From positions 248,001 through 312,000 of the forward strand of contig JAMDHS010000002.1 of the NCBI GenBank assembly GCA_029717555.1: a DNA stretch of 64,000 nt, read 5' to 3'. The DNA is from Peribolospora baueri. Lineage: Eukaryota. The notes under the pieces were generated by a model, which worked only from the letters and a program-made list of their open reading frames with translations, searched no databases and was not told the origin of the DNA. Shown here piece by piece: positions 49,701 through 63,618 of this stretch; the stretch's first letter is position 1, and each line of letters begins with the position of its first letter. Position numbers and translations under genes: made by a program.

Positions 49701-52700
49701 GGACTGCCTCGGGAACACCAAGGACGACCTGAGTAGCAGTACTGGCGGCGTCATGGATTTGCTTTCCAAGTTCATCAAGTATCCGTCCGTGATGGATCAG
49801 CTCAACAGTCCGTCCAACGAGTGCGTCGCCGTCCGTCGCCGTTTTCATCGTCCGTCGTCGTATCATGCGGGACGAACTAACCTCCTCTTCGCGTCTCCTT
49901 TCTGTCTTACTTCTCCCAGCCGGTCCATCTCCACCCTCGTCCCTCTTCTTTACCCCTTCTTCCGACACGCCATTACCTCCGTCCGTCTTTCTGTGCTCAA
50001 GGCGCTCAAGATCTTCCTCTCCGTCTCCACCATATCCAACGACTGGATCGACGACCGCCTCCTCCGTCTTCTCTTCCAGAACCTCGTTGTCGAAGAGCGC
50101 ATCGTCATCCGCGAGGCTAGCGCCGACGCGTGGGCTCTCGCCACACGCATCCTTGCGCGCGACCCGGCTCGCCTCCGCGCCGCCATCGCCCCGCATTTGG
50201 TCAACTGGTTCCGCATCATCATGACCCCTTTGGGCAGTCCCATCGACCAGACCCTCTTCTTCAAGCCCTCTTCCGCCTTCAGCGACCTGAGCGTCGTCGA
50301 AGCCATGGACGGCGACGTTGGCGGTCGGCACGACGTCGACAAGGGCATCCTCGCTCAAGACCTCGCCCTCGTCGGCATCGATACCGTCATCCGTGGTCGT
50401 CTCGGAGCCGCCGTCGCCCTCGGCCGCATCCTGGCCGAGTCCGAGTGGCCACGCGACGACGACGAGGTGACGTTCGGCGGTCAGCTCCGAACGTACATCG
50501 ACTCGCCCTCGGCGCTCCAAAAGTTCCTCTCCGCCGCCATTGTCCAGGAATGGGCGGAGGCGTGGGACGACGCACAGAAGGACAGCTCGCTGACGTCGTC
50601 GAGCCCGCTCTGTCAGTCGCTCAGCTCGCGTCTTGTCGCGCTGCTCGAAGGCGAGCCCCCGGCGACGTACGCCGAGATGACGGTCATCTTGCAGCGCATC
50701 CAATTCGAGTGTCAGAACCTGTACAACTCGTTCGCCAACGAGGCCAAACTGGCCAAGGCCAAGGTGCCTGCGCTGCCGAGCCAGGTCGACCCGCTCGGCG
50801 TCCAGGCCGACGCTTTCACCGTCGACACCGCCAGGCATGTCGTCCAGGAGGGCTTCGATGCCTTGCTCGTCCAAGTCGGCAGCAAGGCCAAGAAGGCGGC
50901 CCTACCTCTGTTGGAGGACAGGAAGAGGAAAATCGTAGCCAGCATAGGCTATTATCAGGCCACCAAGGCCAAACAGGACACCCAGGTCTTCGCCGCGGTC
51001 GCAGGCGCCGTGATCGCCCTTCGCGTTTTGCCCGCTAAGCTCAACCCGGTCATACGGAGCATCATGAACAGCGTCAAGGTGAGCCATCTGGCCTTGCTTT
51101 CGTCGTCACGCGTTCACCTCGTCGGGCCACCCCAAATTGATTGACTCTCTCGCTTCCTTCCGCCCCCTCCCACCCTTTTCTCTCTTCACTCAGTTCGAGG
51201 AGAACGTAGACCTGCAGACGCGCTCCGCTCGTACGATCGCCAGCTTTGTCGCTTTTTGCAATTCGCCCGAGTCGACGACAAGGGCGAACGTGAGCGAGAA
51301 GATCGTCAAGAACTTGTGCACGTTTCTGTGTCAGGACGTGAGCGTGACGCCGATATTTGCCGAGCGGAGGCATGTCAAGGAAGGCATCCTTTCCCTCTCC
51401 GATCCGCCCGCGCGCTCTTTCGCCAAGGGTGGCAAGGTGGACACACCTCCGCTATCGGAGGAGGATGCGCAGACAAAGCTCATCCGTCGCGGCGCCGAGG
51501 CGACGCTGATCGAGCTCGCCAAGAGGTTTGGGCCGACGCTCTTCGACACCCTTCCGACCTTGTGGGCTTGCGCCACCGCCGCGCTCCTGCAGATCTTCCC
51601 GCCAGACTCGGACGTGGGCGGCGCTGACGCTCGTCTCGAAAAGCAGGCCGAGCAAGGACAGAACGTCATCGACTGTCTTTTCGTCCTCCAAACCTTGACG
51701 CCCAGCCTCGATCAGTCTCTCCACCCGCGCATCGCTGGCTTGTTCCCTTGCCTCGCCTTGGCGGTTCAGAGCTCCTTGGGCGTCATCCGCCAAGCGGCGG
51801 CCAAGTGCTTCGCGACGCTTTGCAACGTCATGACGACCGAGGGCATGAAGCAGGTCGTCGAGACGGTGGTACCTCTGCTCGGCGACGCGGGCAGAGTCGA
51901 GAACAGACAGGGCTCCATGGAGCTCATCTCTCGTGAGTCGAATGAAAGCTGATTTGGCCCCATCTCGCCCGCCGGGTTTGATTTGGTGAGAATGACTGAA
52001 CCAACTCAATTTTTCGCGTTGTTCTCTCTCTCTTTTGCCCGGACTATCTGGCTGGCCTTGACGATCGTTTCTCAGATGTGGTTCAACTCCTGGACGTCCG
52101 CCTATTGCCTTATGTCATTTTCCTCGTCGTCCCGGTACTTGGACGCATGAGTGACCAAGATGACCATGTCCGTCTCGTCGCCACAAACACGTTTGCGTCC
52201 CTCGTCAAGATGGTCCCTCTTGAGCTTGGTCTGCCCGATCCACCGGGCTTCCCCGCCGATCTGCTGCGGAAGCGAGAGGAAGAGCGCAAGTTCCTCATGC
52301 AGCTGCTCGACGGAAGCAAGGTAGAGCCGTACCACGTCCCCGTGCCCATCAACGCCGAGCTTCGCAAGTACCAGCAGGACGGCGTGAGCTGGCTCGCGTT
52401 TTTGGCCAAGTATCGCCTGCACGGCATCCTTTGCGATGGTGAGCGAGACGTGAACATGCGGCGGTTCACTATCATATCTCCGGATGTCGTCGTCGTTAAC
52501 CGCATATTTCGTCCCGTCCGTCTGTCGCTTGTAGACATGGGGCTTGGCAAGACGCTTCAGTCCATCACAATCCTGTCCAGTATCCATCACGAGCGCGAAC
52601 AAAAGTACAAGGCGACCCAGTCCCCCGACGCCCGCCACTTGCCGTCTCTCATCGTCTGTCCGCCTACTCTCACCGGCCACTGGCGCCACGAAATCCTCAC

Positions 52701-54442
52701 TTACGCCACCAACCTTCGCCCTCTCCTTTACGCCGGAGGTCCTCAGGAGCGCGCCCAGTTGCAAAGAGCGATACCGAAACACGATGCGGTGATCATGTCT
52801 TACGATATCGTCCGCAACGATATCGCCGCCTTGTCCAAGCTCAACTGGAACTACTGCGTCCTGGACGAAGGCCACATCATCAAGAACGCCAAGACTAAGA
52901 TCACAAAGGCCGTCAAGATGATCCACGCCAATCACCGTCTCATCCTCTCCGGTACCCCGATCCAGAACAACGTGCTGGAGCTCTGGAGCCTCTTCGATTT
53001 CCTCATGCCTGGATTTTTGGGCACCGAGAGAGCCTTTCATGAGCGCTATGGCAAGCCCATCCTCGCCTCTAGGGACGCTAAGCTCTCGTCGCGCGACCAA
53101 GAGGCTGGTGTGTAATCCCGTTCTTCCCTCCCGGCCAAGCCTAGCTTCGGAGTCGATTTTCGAGCTGACCATCGCCACCTCTGTTCGTTGTTTGCAGGCG
53201 CATTGGCGCTGGAGGCGCTTCACAAACAAGTGCTTCCGTTCCTTCTTCGACGCCTGAAGGAGGACGTCCTGGACGACCTGCCTCCCAAGATCATTCAGGA
53301 CATCGAGTGCGAACTCGGTGACATTCAGAAGGATCTCTACGAGGACTTTGCCAAGTCCAAGGACACGGAAGACATGGAGACGGCCGTCGATGAGGGCGGC
53401 AAGCCCGGAGGCCAACACGTCTTCCAGTCCCTTCAGTATCTCCGCAAACTGTGCAATCACCCTGCTCTCGTCCTGGACGAAGTCAACCCGAAGCATCAAC
53501 GGTTGGTCGCCAAACTGCAAAAGACCGGCGGGAACCTGCGGGATATTAGTCACGCTCCCAAATTGCAGGCTTTGCGGTGAGTCCTCCCAACTATTGCACG
53601 TGCGCTAGACGAAGACATGGCGCTTATTCTTACACGACTTGGGACCCAGGCAATTGCTGCTCGACTGTGGCATCGGGGCAACAGCTCAGACAGGAGCGGG
53701 CGGCGAAGCGGACGCGCTCGCACAGACGGGCAGCGCCGTCTCCCAGCATCGCGTTCTGATCTTCTGTCAGCTGAAGCAAATGCTGGACATTGTCGAGACG
53801 GACCTGCTCAAGGCTCACATGCCTTCAGTCACCTACCTGAGGCTCGATGGGAGCGTGGACGCGAACAAACGTCACGCGCTCGTGCAGACCTTTAACACCG
53901 ATCCGAGCATCGACTGTCTCCTCTTGACCACTCAGGTCGGCGGGCTGGGGCTCACCCTGACCGGTGCGGATACGGTCATTTTCGTGGAGCACGACTGGAA
54001 CCCGATGAAGGACCTGCAGGCTATGGACCGGGCGCATCGACTCGGTCAGAAGAAGGTGGTCAACGTCTACAGGCTCATCACTCGCAACACGCTCGAGGCC
54101 AAGATCATGGGGTGAGTTTCCTTCCAGCGTTCGGGCTGTCTCTGACAGAGAACACCTTGCTGACGTGCCTTCCTCGATCGTGACACCGACAGTCTCCAGC
54201 GCTTCAAACTCAACGTCGCCAACTCGGTCGTTACTCAGCAAAACGCCGGCCTGGACTCGATGGACACGGACCAACTGCTCGACCTGTTCAAAGTGTCCGG
54301 TGATGATGCCGGAGCCGCTTCTGCGACGAAAAAGAAGCAGACTGGCCCGATCAGCCAAAAGGGGCTGTTGGAGGCGCTCGAGAACATGCCGGACGAGGCG
54401 GAGCAGTACGGCGACCTCCAACGGTTCTGGGAGGCAAAGTGA
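46706..54442 (+). CDS. MOT1: TBP-associated Snf2-family ATPase Mot1/BTAF1, multi-exon
   Basis: Spliced start MTSR|LDRLVSLLDSGST; WEIRHGAALGLRE; LDRFGDFVGDQVVAPVRE; LCDDMGLGKTLQ; LDEGH; LSGTPIQNN; DWNPMKDLQAMDRAHRLGQ. Confidence 0.97.
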
Positions 54443-54879
54443 TTTATTCGGGCCCGTGCGACGTTCTCGACGCCACGCCTCGGATCATTTCCTTCATGTG
54501 CACCTGTCTGTCTGTCACATGCCCTTTCCGCTTGCGCTCCCATCTTTTTTTTTTTTTTTTTTCCATACGTTTAATAGCCATGTCAAGCCATTGGTGACGT
54601 CGCATGCTTTCCCATCCCTCACTCTCTCATCATGTTCACATGTATAGGACATTTCTGCAGTGTACGCCGATAGATTTCGATCCCCGTCGTCTACGACCTT
54701 CGATGAGAGAAAAAAACAAAACTAATGTTGGCGCGACAACGTGTGTGGTTGTGAATACATGCGTCTCGTGAATTCCGGATACGGTCGTCACCCGAAAAAA
54801 AATGCCGAGTAAAGCGCTCGAGGAGGATCAAAAAGGAAAATGGAGCGATGCGAGCCAAGGAGAGCGAGCCAGTCGCTTC

Positions 54880-57800
54880 TCAGCTTATTGCCCCAAGCGG
54901 ATCGACGCCGCCGGAGGACGACGGCTTGCGGGGATCGGTAGGGGGCGTGGACAACGATGGCACTCGGGCAGGAAAAGCGGGTTCGGAATCTAGCGGACCG
55001 AGGGAGCCCGGGAGATGACCTGAACCCGAAGACGAACCCGGACCGGCCTCGGCCACCGGGGGGTATGTATAGACGGCAGGAGTGGAGGCCTGGGAAGATG
55101 GAAAAGGAGAAGAAGAAAATCGTCCAAACTCGGCGATGACGGGACGTGTAGAAAGCGGAGAAGAAGAATCAGAGGTTGCCGAGCGGGCGCGGGAGTACGT
55201 TCCTGCATGAGAGGCGAAGAACGCGGAGTGTGAAGGACGGGGGTGAGGGGGGTGTTGGCTGGGGCGCGTTGAAGGAGACGAAGCGCCATGAGCTGCAGTA
55301 TCGACGGGTCTCTTGGGTTGGCTGGACGGCGCTGCAGTCGACTGTGCCTTTGCGGCAGGAGGGCGTTGGAAAGGCACTCGTGGGATTCCCCCCGCGATGG
55401 GCTTTTGGTCTTGTTCGCGGCGTGGCACGGTAGAGCGTGGCTCCAGGGGAGGAGCAGGCTTCTTCGCCGCTCCGGCTTGATCTGATGGATGCGAAGGTGA
55501 AGGGTCCACGGGGTTGGAGAGTGGCGGCCGAGCTAGAGCAGCCGAATCTGCGAAACGCCTCGCAGTCGGAGATGGCGACGCGATTGACGCTGTTCGAGGC
55601 TGCGGTTCAGTTCCTCCAGGAGAGGCGAGGATGTTTGCATTGAATTCGGCGGCAGTGCCTTTGAGAACGTCGCGAACGTGCTTGAGCGCGGTGAGCGACA
55701 TGAGCGTGGACAAGTCCCCTTGAGACAGGTCCTTAACGCCGGCTGGCTGTGGGCCAGAAGATGCTGCTGCCGACGCGCTAGTCCGATCCTCGTTAGTCGC
55801 AGGCTCTGACGGCTCGTCGAGCGCCTGATCTCCCTTCGGCGTTGCGGTTCCTGCCGGTCCCCTGGTCTCTTCCTTTGGCACCGTCCGCGTGTCCTCCGTC
55901 GCTGAAACTTTTCCGCCCTTGCTGTGCTCGTCATGCGCCAGCCATTGTTTCTCCAGAGCATCGATACAAGCGTCCAGTACCATACCCATCGCCTTGTTGG
56001 TCGTCTTGAGCCTATCGAGTTCTCTCTGAGGTTCGACTTGTCGCCAAGAATCCCTTGCCCAGGCTGTCGGCTCAGCAGCAAAGACGGGGGACGCCGGCAA
56101 TCTTCCAGAGTCGAGGTCGGGACCGACGGCGGTATTGAGAGCGCCGACGTTGCGCTGCAAGTTGGCCATGGTCGACAGAATGGCCCGATTGATGCCCAGC
56201 GCTTCCGACTTCTCATAGACGCCTTTGGCGAGCTCGCTCAAGCCTTCCGGCAAATAGGCCGCCGGCGTAGCGGCGAGGCCCCCCATGAAGCTTCCTCCAG
56301 GCCCCAAGGGCCGCTGGAGGGACGGCCTTGAGCCGTTCGGCCTGCCTGCGATTGTTTGGTTCGTCTGCGCGCTTCGAGGTGTCTGCTGCCGGTCGTTGTA
56401 CGATCCAGGAGGCGCGACCGGAATGCCGAGCTCCTCATGGTTCTGGAAGATGACGGTGGCTCCGGCTGCAGGCTGGAAAGACAGAGACTGATTTCAGCGG
56501 AGAGACCGACGAACGGCGAATATTTCACGAACGTACCGTTTGATGGTCTCGGAGATAAATCGCCTGTCGCACCAGTAAAGACATCTGGTTCTGCCCGGCA
56601 GGTCTGGCAGGGTATCGGAGCAATAGTTGTAGGATGCCGGAGTAATCGGCATCAAGGACTGTCGTCACATTGGCCGGGGCGAAGGACGAGCACATGAGCA
56701 CGCGCAATGTGGGCACGGGAGACGTGCAAACAGGTGGGAACGTATGTGCACTCACGTTCATTTCGAAGGCGAAGGAGCATGGCTATGCAGATATGGTCGA
56801 TCAGGCGAAGGGACGGATCTTCAGCGAAGAGGCCGTCCCACAGCAGTAAAGAGTCTTGAACGGGAAATTCGCGCGTGCACATAAGCCGAATCCATCGCCT
56901 GCACGTCCACGTTAGGATCAGGGAAGTGGGCCAGCGTCAGCTGCGAGAAAAAAAAGGACTCGTGGCGCACGTCTCGGCTCCTCACAAAGCGTATATTTGA
57001 GGCTCTATGCCGACGCTTTCCAAATGCGCGTGAAGGGCGGGATCGTATACTCTAAGCAGCTTGTGGAGGCGCTCGCATTTGAGGAGGACGGGCGTTTTCT
57101 GCTGTTCTCCGGACTTGCCGGGCGATGGCTGCGAGACCGAACGGGAAAGAGTTCGTCCAGCTCAGAGCATGAGCAAAGCACGGACCGGCGAGGGTCTCAT
57201 TTAATGACGAAACCAACGCACCTTGACCTCCTTGCTCTCCCTCCACTCATACCACGGCTTCGCGGCCTTCATGAGCGCATTGAACAGGACGAACGCATCA
57301 TGCTCCGCGTAGTCCGCCGACAAGGTCAGCCGCACGGTGGAGCCCTCTATCGCCTTGGCTTTCTCGTCTCTCCTCCCCGGCGCAGGACCGGAAGGTGGGC
57401 TCGAAGAGCGGCCGGCGACCAGCGCGTCCGCCTTCACGACCAGATAGATGAAGGCGAGCAGCTCGTGCATGCCTTGTCGGTAGCCTACATCGGGATTGAG
57501 CTTGCAGTAGATGAACAGCACAGTGGTAAGGTCGGCCTGAGCGCGGACGTCACGGAAGAGGGGCATATCAGGAAAACTGCGCAGAAAGGCAGGCCGAAAA
57601 GACGAAAGGAAGCGGGAGTGAGTGAGCTAGGGAAGGACATGATCGTGAATCGACGACCATGACTCACGTTCGCTCTACGTCTTGCCGGATGACCTTGCGC
57701 AGCTCTTGATCTCTGAACCAGTCTTGCCATGGGTTCTGCGCACAGCGACGAACGTCGAGAATCGTCTGTGAGCGCGCAGGCACGCAGCCATGACGCGAGA

Positions 57801-58440
57801 GGAGACGTGCTCACCGACTGATCCAGCGACAGAGGGTTGTTGATGGCCAGATCTGCGGTGATGGACGACAGCGACCCGTGAGTCTCGGCGCCGAACTTGT
57901 GTTTCAGGGCCGGCGACGACGGGTCGTCTTCTGGGTAGCTGCCGTCCGGCGCGAGGAGGTACTTGAGCTTGAGTTCCTCGTAAAGGGAGCGTTCGCGGTT
58001 GAGCACCAGAGGCCATGAAGAGGTGTCAAGGGAGGGTAGGTAGGAGAGGTACAGCTGTCTCGGGGGTAGGGAAGGATCGAGAAGCGTGAGCAAGCGAGAG
58101 GGCGAGGAGCGACAGACTGGGCGGAGGTGGCATAGCGCACCCTCCAGTAAAGCGACCTGAGCGTCATCCCGTCGGTGTCGGTGCCGATTTCGCCGTGAAT
58201 GCCGCGCGTTTTGAGGGAGGAAAAGCTGAGGAGGGGGTCGTGCAAGATGGCACGCCATGCTCGTCTATGGGGAGCAGTTGAGCGTTTGGCGGTGGCCGGT
58301 CAGGACCGGTCAAGTCAGGTCAGGTCGACTTGGTTCCTTGCCCAGGCGTGACATTCAAGCTTGCCAATGAAGATGTCGGCCACTCACCTCGTGTCCTCCT
58401 CAGAGGTCCCGTCGCCATCGCTCGCACTTATCGCAGACAT
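54880..58440 (-). CDS. TBC-domain Rab GTPase-activating protein (TBC1D5/Gyp6-like), multi-exon
   Basis: LRSLYWR, INNPLSLD..NPWQDWF, IRQDVERTFPD (Arg finger), YRQGMHELLA (Gln finger), IEPQIYALRWIRLMCTREF, LWDGLF, LLRYP; C-terminal VDPLGA. Confidence 0.92.
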
Positions 58441-58812
58441 GTTGGCTTGAGGAGATGAAGATGAAGCGGAGAGGCAAGGTGATCCGCACGACTGGTGGGC
58501 CACGGCCGGCAAGATGAGCGCGCCCGCAGCAGCGGAGCGATCGAGCAGCGCCCGGGGCACACATACGAACCCCAATCACTCGGCTCGAGGGGAGGAGGGA
58601 GGGATGGGGACGACTCAAAAGAGGCATGGTTCGACGATGGATGGTATCTACGACGCTACAAGTACAACGAATACCCTCGGACGGCACATTGCCCCCTCAC
58701 ACTCCTTCCAAATAGAATCAATCGTACACAGGCGCATCATGCACGAACGACGGCGGCCGGACCTCGTCGCTCGAGCGCTTCCTCCCCCTCCTCTTCCGTC
58801 CCCGGACCGGCG

Positions 58813-61624
58813 TCACGCCGACGCTTGCGCCCTCACGCCGTGGTGGCTCTGGCTCGTCTTCGCCTTGCGTTCCCTCACCCACTTGACGAGCCCGCCCTCC
58901 ATCTTGGCCACGAGCGCCATCATCTCCTCTTTCTTGTAACACACCGCCTCCGCTGCCACTTCGACCGCGCGCTCCAACCCGCCATCCAACTCACCCCCGG
59001 GGTCGTCGGAAGCATAGATCGAGTAAGATCGCCCCGGCTCGAGGACGGGTCCCGGCTGAACGTCGGACGCTCTAGGTTGAGCGGGAGCGGGTGAGTAAAG
59101 ACGTTCGACGGCCGACGCGAGCGGTTTCCAGCACGGAGATGACGCCGTCGAGTGTTCTGGCATGGGGACGGGAGAATCGTTGGGCTCCTCGATCCCCAAG
59201 GTGCGGAGCATCGCCTCGACGCCTGCAGGTAAAGGAAAGAGAGGAAGTGTGAGCGACGAAGGTCGTACTATGCACACAGACAAAGAGATCGAGCATGTGT
59301 CCGCACCCTGTGAATGCCTATGTTGATAGGAGAGCGGATGGTTGGGGAGAAGGAGGGTACGCTCGCAGAACGAGAGGTACTCGTCAATGGCGCCGTCGTC
59401 CATGTCGAGGACGTCGCTTTGGAGCGGAGCGGAAAAAGGAGACGAGTTAGAGAGATTCGGTGACTCTAGGAGACGGGGAGACGTGAGCGCTTACATGTTC
59501 ATCTCATGGAGACGTTTGGGATCACTCTCGGACTCCTTCTGGAGACTGTGCAGGGCAGAGACCCACTGAGAATACCTTGGCAAGTTTGCAGCACCTTCCG
59601 ACTCTGACGTGGGGTACCTGCGTCCAATCCGACAGACACGTCAGCTAGTGTGACCTTCCGCTGTCCAGGCCAGCCGTGACGAGTCGTCGTCTCACCGTTC
59701 ATCGCCATCCATGCCGTAGCAGAGCTTGACGACGCAAAGCACGGCGGCCATCATGACCGCCTCAGGCGGGGTGCGAGAAAACCTGGCAACGAAGCGCGGT
59801 CGAGCCCTCCGCCTGAGCATGCTTTCCATCTCCTCCTCGTCCTCGCCAACCAAAAGGTCGTGGCCGCGCCGTTCGGCGTTCGGGCTCTGCGCCACCGGAA
59901 GAAGGTCCAGAGGCATATCGAGCAGGCAGAGAAGGGACTTTGCAGAGACGTAGACGATGGCTGTTCACGGACGTGACGGACATGGATATAAGCATGAGCC
60001 GTCAGAGATCGGCGATGAGAAGAGGAGAGCAGGCGAGCACCCACGAGGGAGAAGCATCGACTGCACACATCGCCAGAGGACGGGCGCTGCGTTCAACTCT
60101 GGGAAAGTGATGGAGAAGCGCTCTCCAAACTTGCGCGCCAACTGAAAGGCGATACTGTGGAAGAAGGCCACGCTGGGGACATGCTGGAGTGGAAAGCCGA
60201 CGGTCGGGTCTACCGTCAACCTGATGAAAGACGAAGGGAAGACGGGGTGACGGAAGCTCACCGCGAGGTCGAGGGCGTTCAGCTCGTTAGGACCGAGCCT
60301 CTTGACGAGAGGAGCGGGAAGAAGGTGTATGGCGTGCAGGTAGGGCAACTTTTGCTGGGAGATGAGACTGAGAAGAAGAAAGAGGAGATGATGAAGGGAG
60401 GAAAGACTTGTTTCGTGAGGACGACTGTCGTCTTCGCAAGCCCGATTTGTTGAGAGGTCCGACCCACCTGAGCAGGTCCGACCACGTCACGGGCACCCTG
60501 AGCGTGACGAGGGCGAGATAGAGCAGACACACGAGCTGAGCGACCTTGGAATGGGCCTTCTCTTCGCCCCTCCCCTCCCTCTCCCTCGCTCTGCTCTCCT
60601 TCCGCTCGGCCCGGAGGGCGGGGGCCGAACGCGAGCGCGAGCGCGAACGGTGGCCCCCGCCGTCGTCATCGTCACTGTCTGAAGAATAAGAAGACTCGCT
60701 GCCAGAGGGGTGGGCGAGCTTTGCAAGCGTCGACTCCACATCCTCGTCTTCTTCGTCGGTCGTGAACGGCTGCAAGTCGTCGGTGTGCGAGTGCGACGCA
60801 AGATCGTCGTCGTCACCTTCACCGTCACCTTCGCTCTCTGCTCCGCCCATCCGGCCGGAGGCGCCCTGGAGGCGTGATGACGGGTCCTGCAAAGGCGTGG
60901 GAGAGAGACGGAGGAGAGAAAGGCGAAGGGCCCAAAGGTCGCGGGTGATGGCCTTTACATTTGGAGGTGGGAGGTGGCGTCGAGCGAGCGGTCAAGGACG
61001 CGGGCGGAAGAAAGAAAAAAAAGCTCTTTCAGCTGCCCATCGTACATCCATCTGTCTCGTTTCCCACCTCACCTCTAGCTCTGGAGGGAGACCGGGCCAC
61101 TCTGCCTTGAGCGCCTGGAGCTGGTAACGGAGAAGGAGCTGGAGACACTGGTAGAGGAGGAACTGTGCACGTGCGCCATAGTAGACTGCGCGGAGAGGCG
61201 GGACGAGGTTGCGCACATGAGCTCGACGGACGTGCAGGCTGCAAGAAGACGACAGACGATGGCAAGAAAAGGCAAGAAAGGCAAGACAAGAAAAGCTCAA
61301 GGGAAGCGAAAGCAAGCGCTCACCATCGCCTTCCCTCCTCCTCCTGCCCTTCTTCCTCCCACCTCGTCCGCCGCCGCCGCCGCCGCCGTCGCCAGCACCA
61401 CCGGCCGGACCCTTTCTCAAATACCTCTTTCGTGTGTTGACAACATGTCCGCCCTCTTCGTGATCGAGCGTCTCCTCCTCGAGGTAGCCGGAGAGGACGT
61501 GTCCTTCCTCGCAGACGAGAAGGCCCGACGACGGGTCTTTCCGCCAGCGGCGGGAGGAGCAGACTTGGCACCGGGGGCGGGAGCGACGTGGGTGGCGCTG
61601 CTCTGGGCGGGAGGACGTGGACAT
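58813..61624 (-). CDS. RRN7: RNA polymerase I core factor subunit Rrn7/TAF1B, multi-exon
   Basis: N-terminal Zn ribbon CQVCSSRRW..GLLVCEEGH; LYQCLQLLLRYQ; LYLALVTLRVPVTWSDL; PPEAVMMAAVLCVVKLCYG; MDDGAIDEYLSFCE. Confidence 0.88.
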
Positions 61625-62155
61625 GCCGGGATCATATCATTGCGGAGAGCGAGAAGCGAAGGACAAAGAGGAGAGATAGATAGACCGACATCGACGTCCC
61701 TGACGAATGAATACCAGAAATACTGCGGCGACGAGCGAGCAAGGCTGCTCCGCGCGATCACGACTAGCGTCTCTCGTACGGGGAAGATAACGAACGATCC
61801 ATCCTTCCATCGAGGACGACGAACACACGACGGACGAAACAGCGCGAGGGGACGGTCGCGAGAATTCCTAGTGAGCGTGCGAGCGAGCAGTACAGAGGTA
61901 CAAAGAATCTCCAAGAGATGGATTCTGAGAGATTGATTCTGAAAAGATGGATGGATTCTGAACGACTACGCGACGACGATGCGAAAAGCGTCTTCCATTC
62001 GTAAAACCCGACCGACCCACGTCGGCAACCCCGCCCTCACAGAGATGAGATAGAAAGACAGACAAAAAGGGCAAACCAGGCAGACAGGCAGACAGGTAGA
62101 CAAACAGAGAGACAGACAGATAGAGCAGTGCGGAAAGAGCGAGCGAGAAGCAGGT

Positions 62156-63618
62156 TCAGTAGAACCCATGCCTAGCGTACCCTCTCCCTCCGCCGCCCTG
62201 CCCTCCACCAATCAGAGGCATCCTCGGACCGGCACCGGCGGGCGACATCAATGGGCCATTAGGTCCCCACCCTTCGAGAGGAGGAGCGGGAGAAGCAGCC
62301 GACGCCGCGGGCTGGCCGCCTCCCCTGGCCAGTTCGTACGTCGTGCCCTCGGCGGTGCCAAAGGCGTTTTGCCGTGCTGGACGGGGTGCGTAAACGGGCG
62401 AGCTGCCGCCGCCGCCGCCGCCGCCACCATAGCCGCCCATGTCGGCTCCGTATCCACCACCACCGCCGCCGTTGGCAGCGTACGAATACGGCGGCTGATG
62501 GTGCATCGGCGGATGTCCGGTCTGCACACTGCTCGAGCCGCCGTAGGCCATGTCTCGTGGAGACGAGGCGTCGAGAGGGGAAAGCGAAGGGTCGGCGGCG
62601 CGGACGGTGCCGCGGCGGGAGGTGCCGACGGGCGCGTTGGGTGTGCCGTACAGGCTTCGGCGCTTGGACATGGTCGAGGCGGAGTTGGGGTGGTTGTGGT
62701 TGTGGGGCGGGTGGGGGACGAGCGTGGTGGTGCTGTTGGCGGCCAAGGTGGCCGTGCTCGCCCCGTTGAGGGACGTCGTGCTTTCGCCGGTGCTCGACGG
62801 ACCAGGGCGCATGTCTCCGCCGTCGTGGCCGCCAGGAGAGTGATGAGGCCGGTGGGGATATACGTTTGCGTATCCGTTAGGGGGGTATTGAGAAGAGCTG
62901 GCGCCGGCGCGCCTGTCGGGCGGCGAGGATGAAGAGTAGTCATGAGGGCCCAAGAGCTGCCTCTTGCTGCCCATGGCGGGGGAGGCGGGAGGAGTAGCTT
63001 GCTGAAATGGCACCCAAGCGGCTGTGGCGGAGCCGTCGACGCCCCGAGGGGGCGGCGGCCTGAGCTTATTGTCGAGACGGTCCATGGGGAGCGCTTCGGT
63101 GCTCGGAAAGGGGCTTCCCGTGCCGCCGACGCGTTGGGCGGGGTATGATGGCTGATGCCTGCGCGAGGGCGCGGCGCCTGGCTTGGGCAAGGAGCGGTTG
63201 GAGAAGAGGATGCTGCAGAGGATAAGAACGATGAGGATGGCTATGATAACGATGAGGACCATGTCGAAGGTGAAGAAGTACGAGGTGGAGAAGGAAGTGG
63301 CGCTGAAGGCGAAAGAAGGTTGGGAGGGGGGCAAAGGGGCGGGCAGACGTCAGCGGCAATGTGAGAGCGCGAGACAGCCCCATCTGGCCTGGCCACTCAC
63401 ATGCTGCCGGGGCCGATGGACGGCCTGGCGGACGCACTTGCGCTATGCTTCTTGGTGTGGGACGAGGTGGTTTGGGAGGATGCGCGAGCGACCAGAGTCC
63501 GTGTGGCCTCGTGGGAGGCGTCGGTGAGCATCCTGACGACGGCGGCGCGCGTTGTGGAGGAAGGCGCCGTGGCGGTGGCCGACGTGGAAGGAGAGAAGGC
63601 GGCGAGGGAAGCAGGCAT
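62156..63618 (-). CDS. Hypothetical single-pass membrane protein with disordered Pro/Gly-rich cytoplasmic tail, 2 exons; start uncertain
   Basis: The upstream exon ending GPGS(I) splices in frame to ATSFSTSYFFTFD followed by the TM segment MVLIVIIAILIVLILCSILF, then a long low-complexity ORF with coding-like codon usage. Confidence 0.65.

Noticed and set aside
47050..54421. Long antisense ORFs over MOT1 (e.g. 49660-50874, 52102-53553) and over the TF (16215-17255)
   Set aside because: They mirror the codon bias of high-GC3 sense genes and have no domain motifs.
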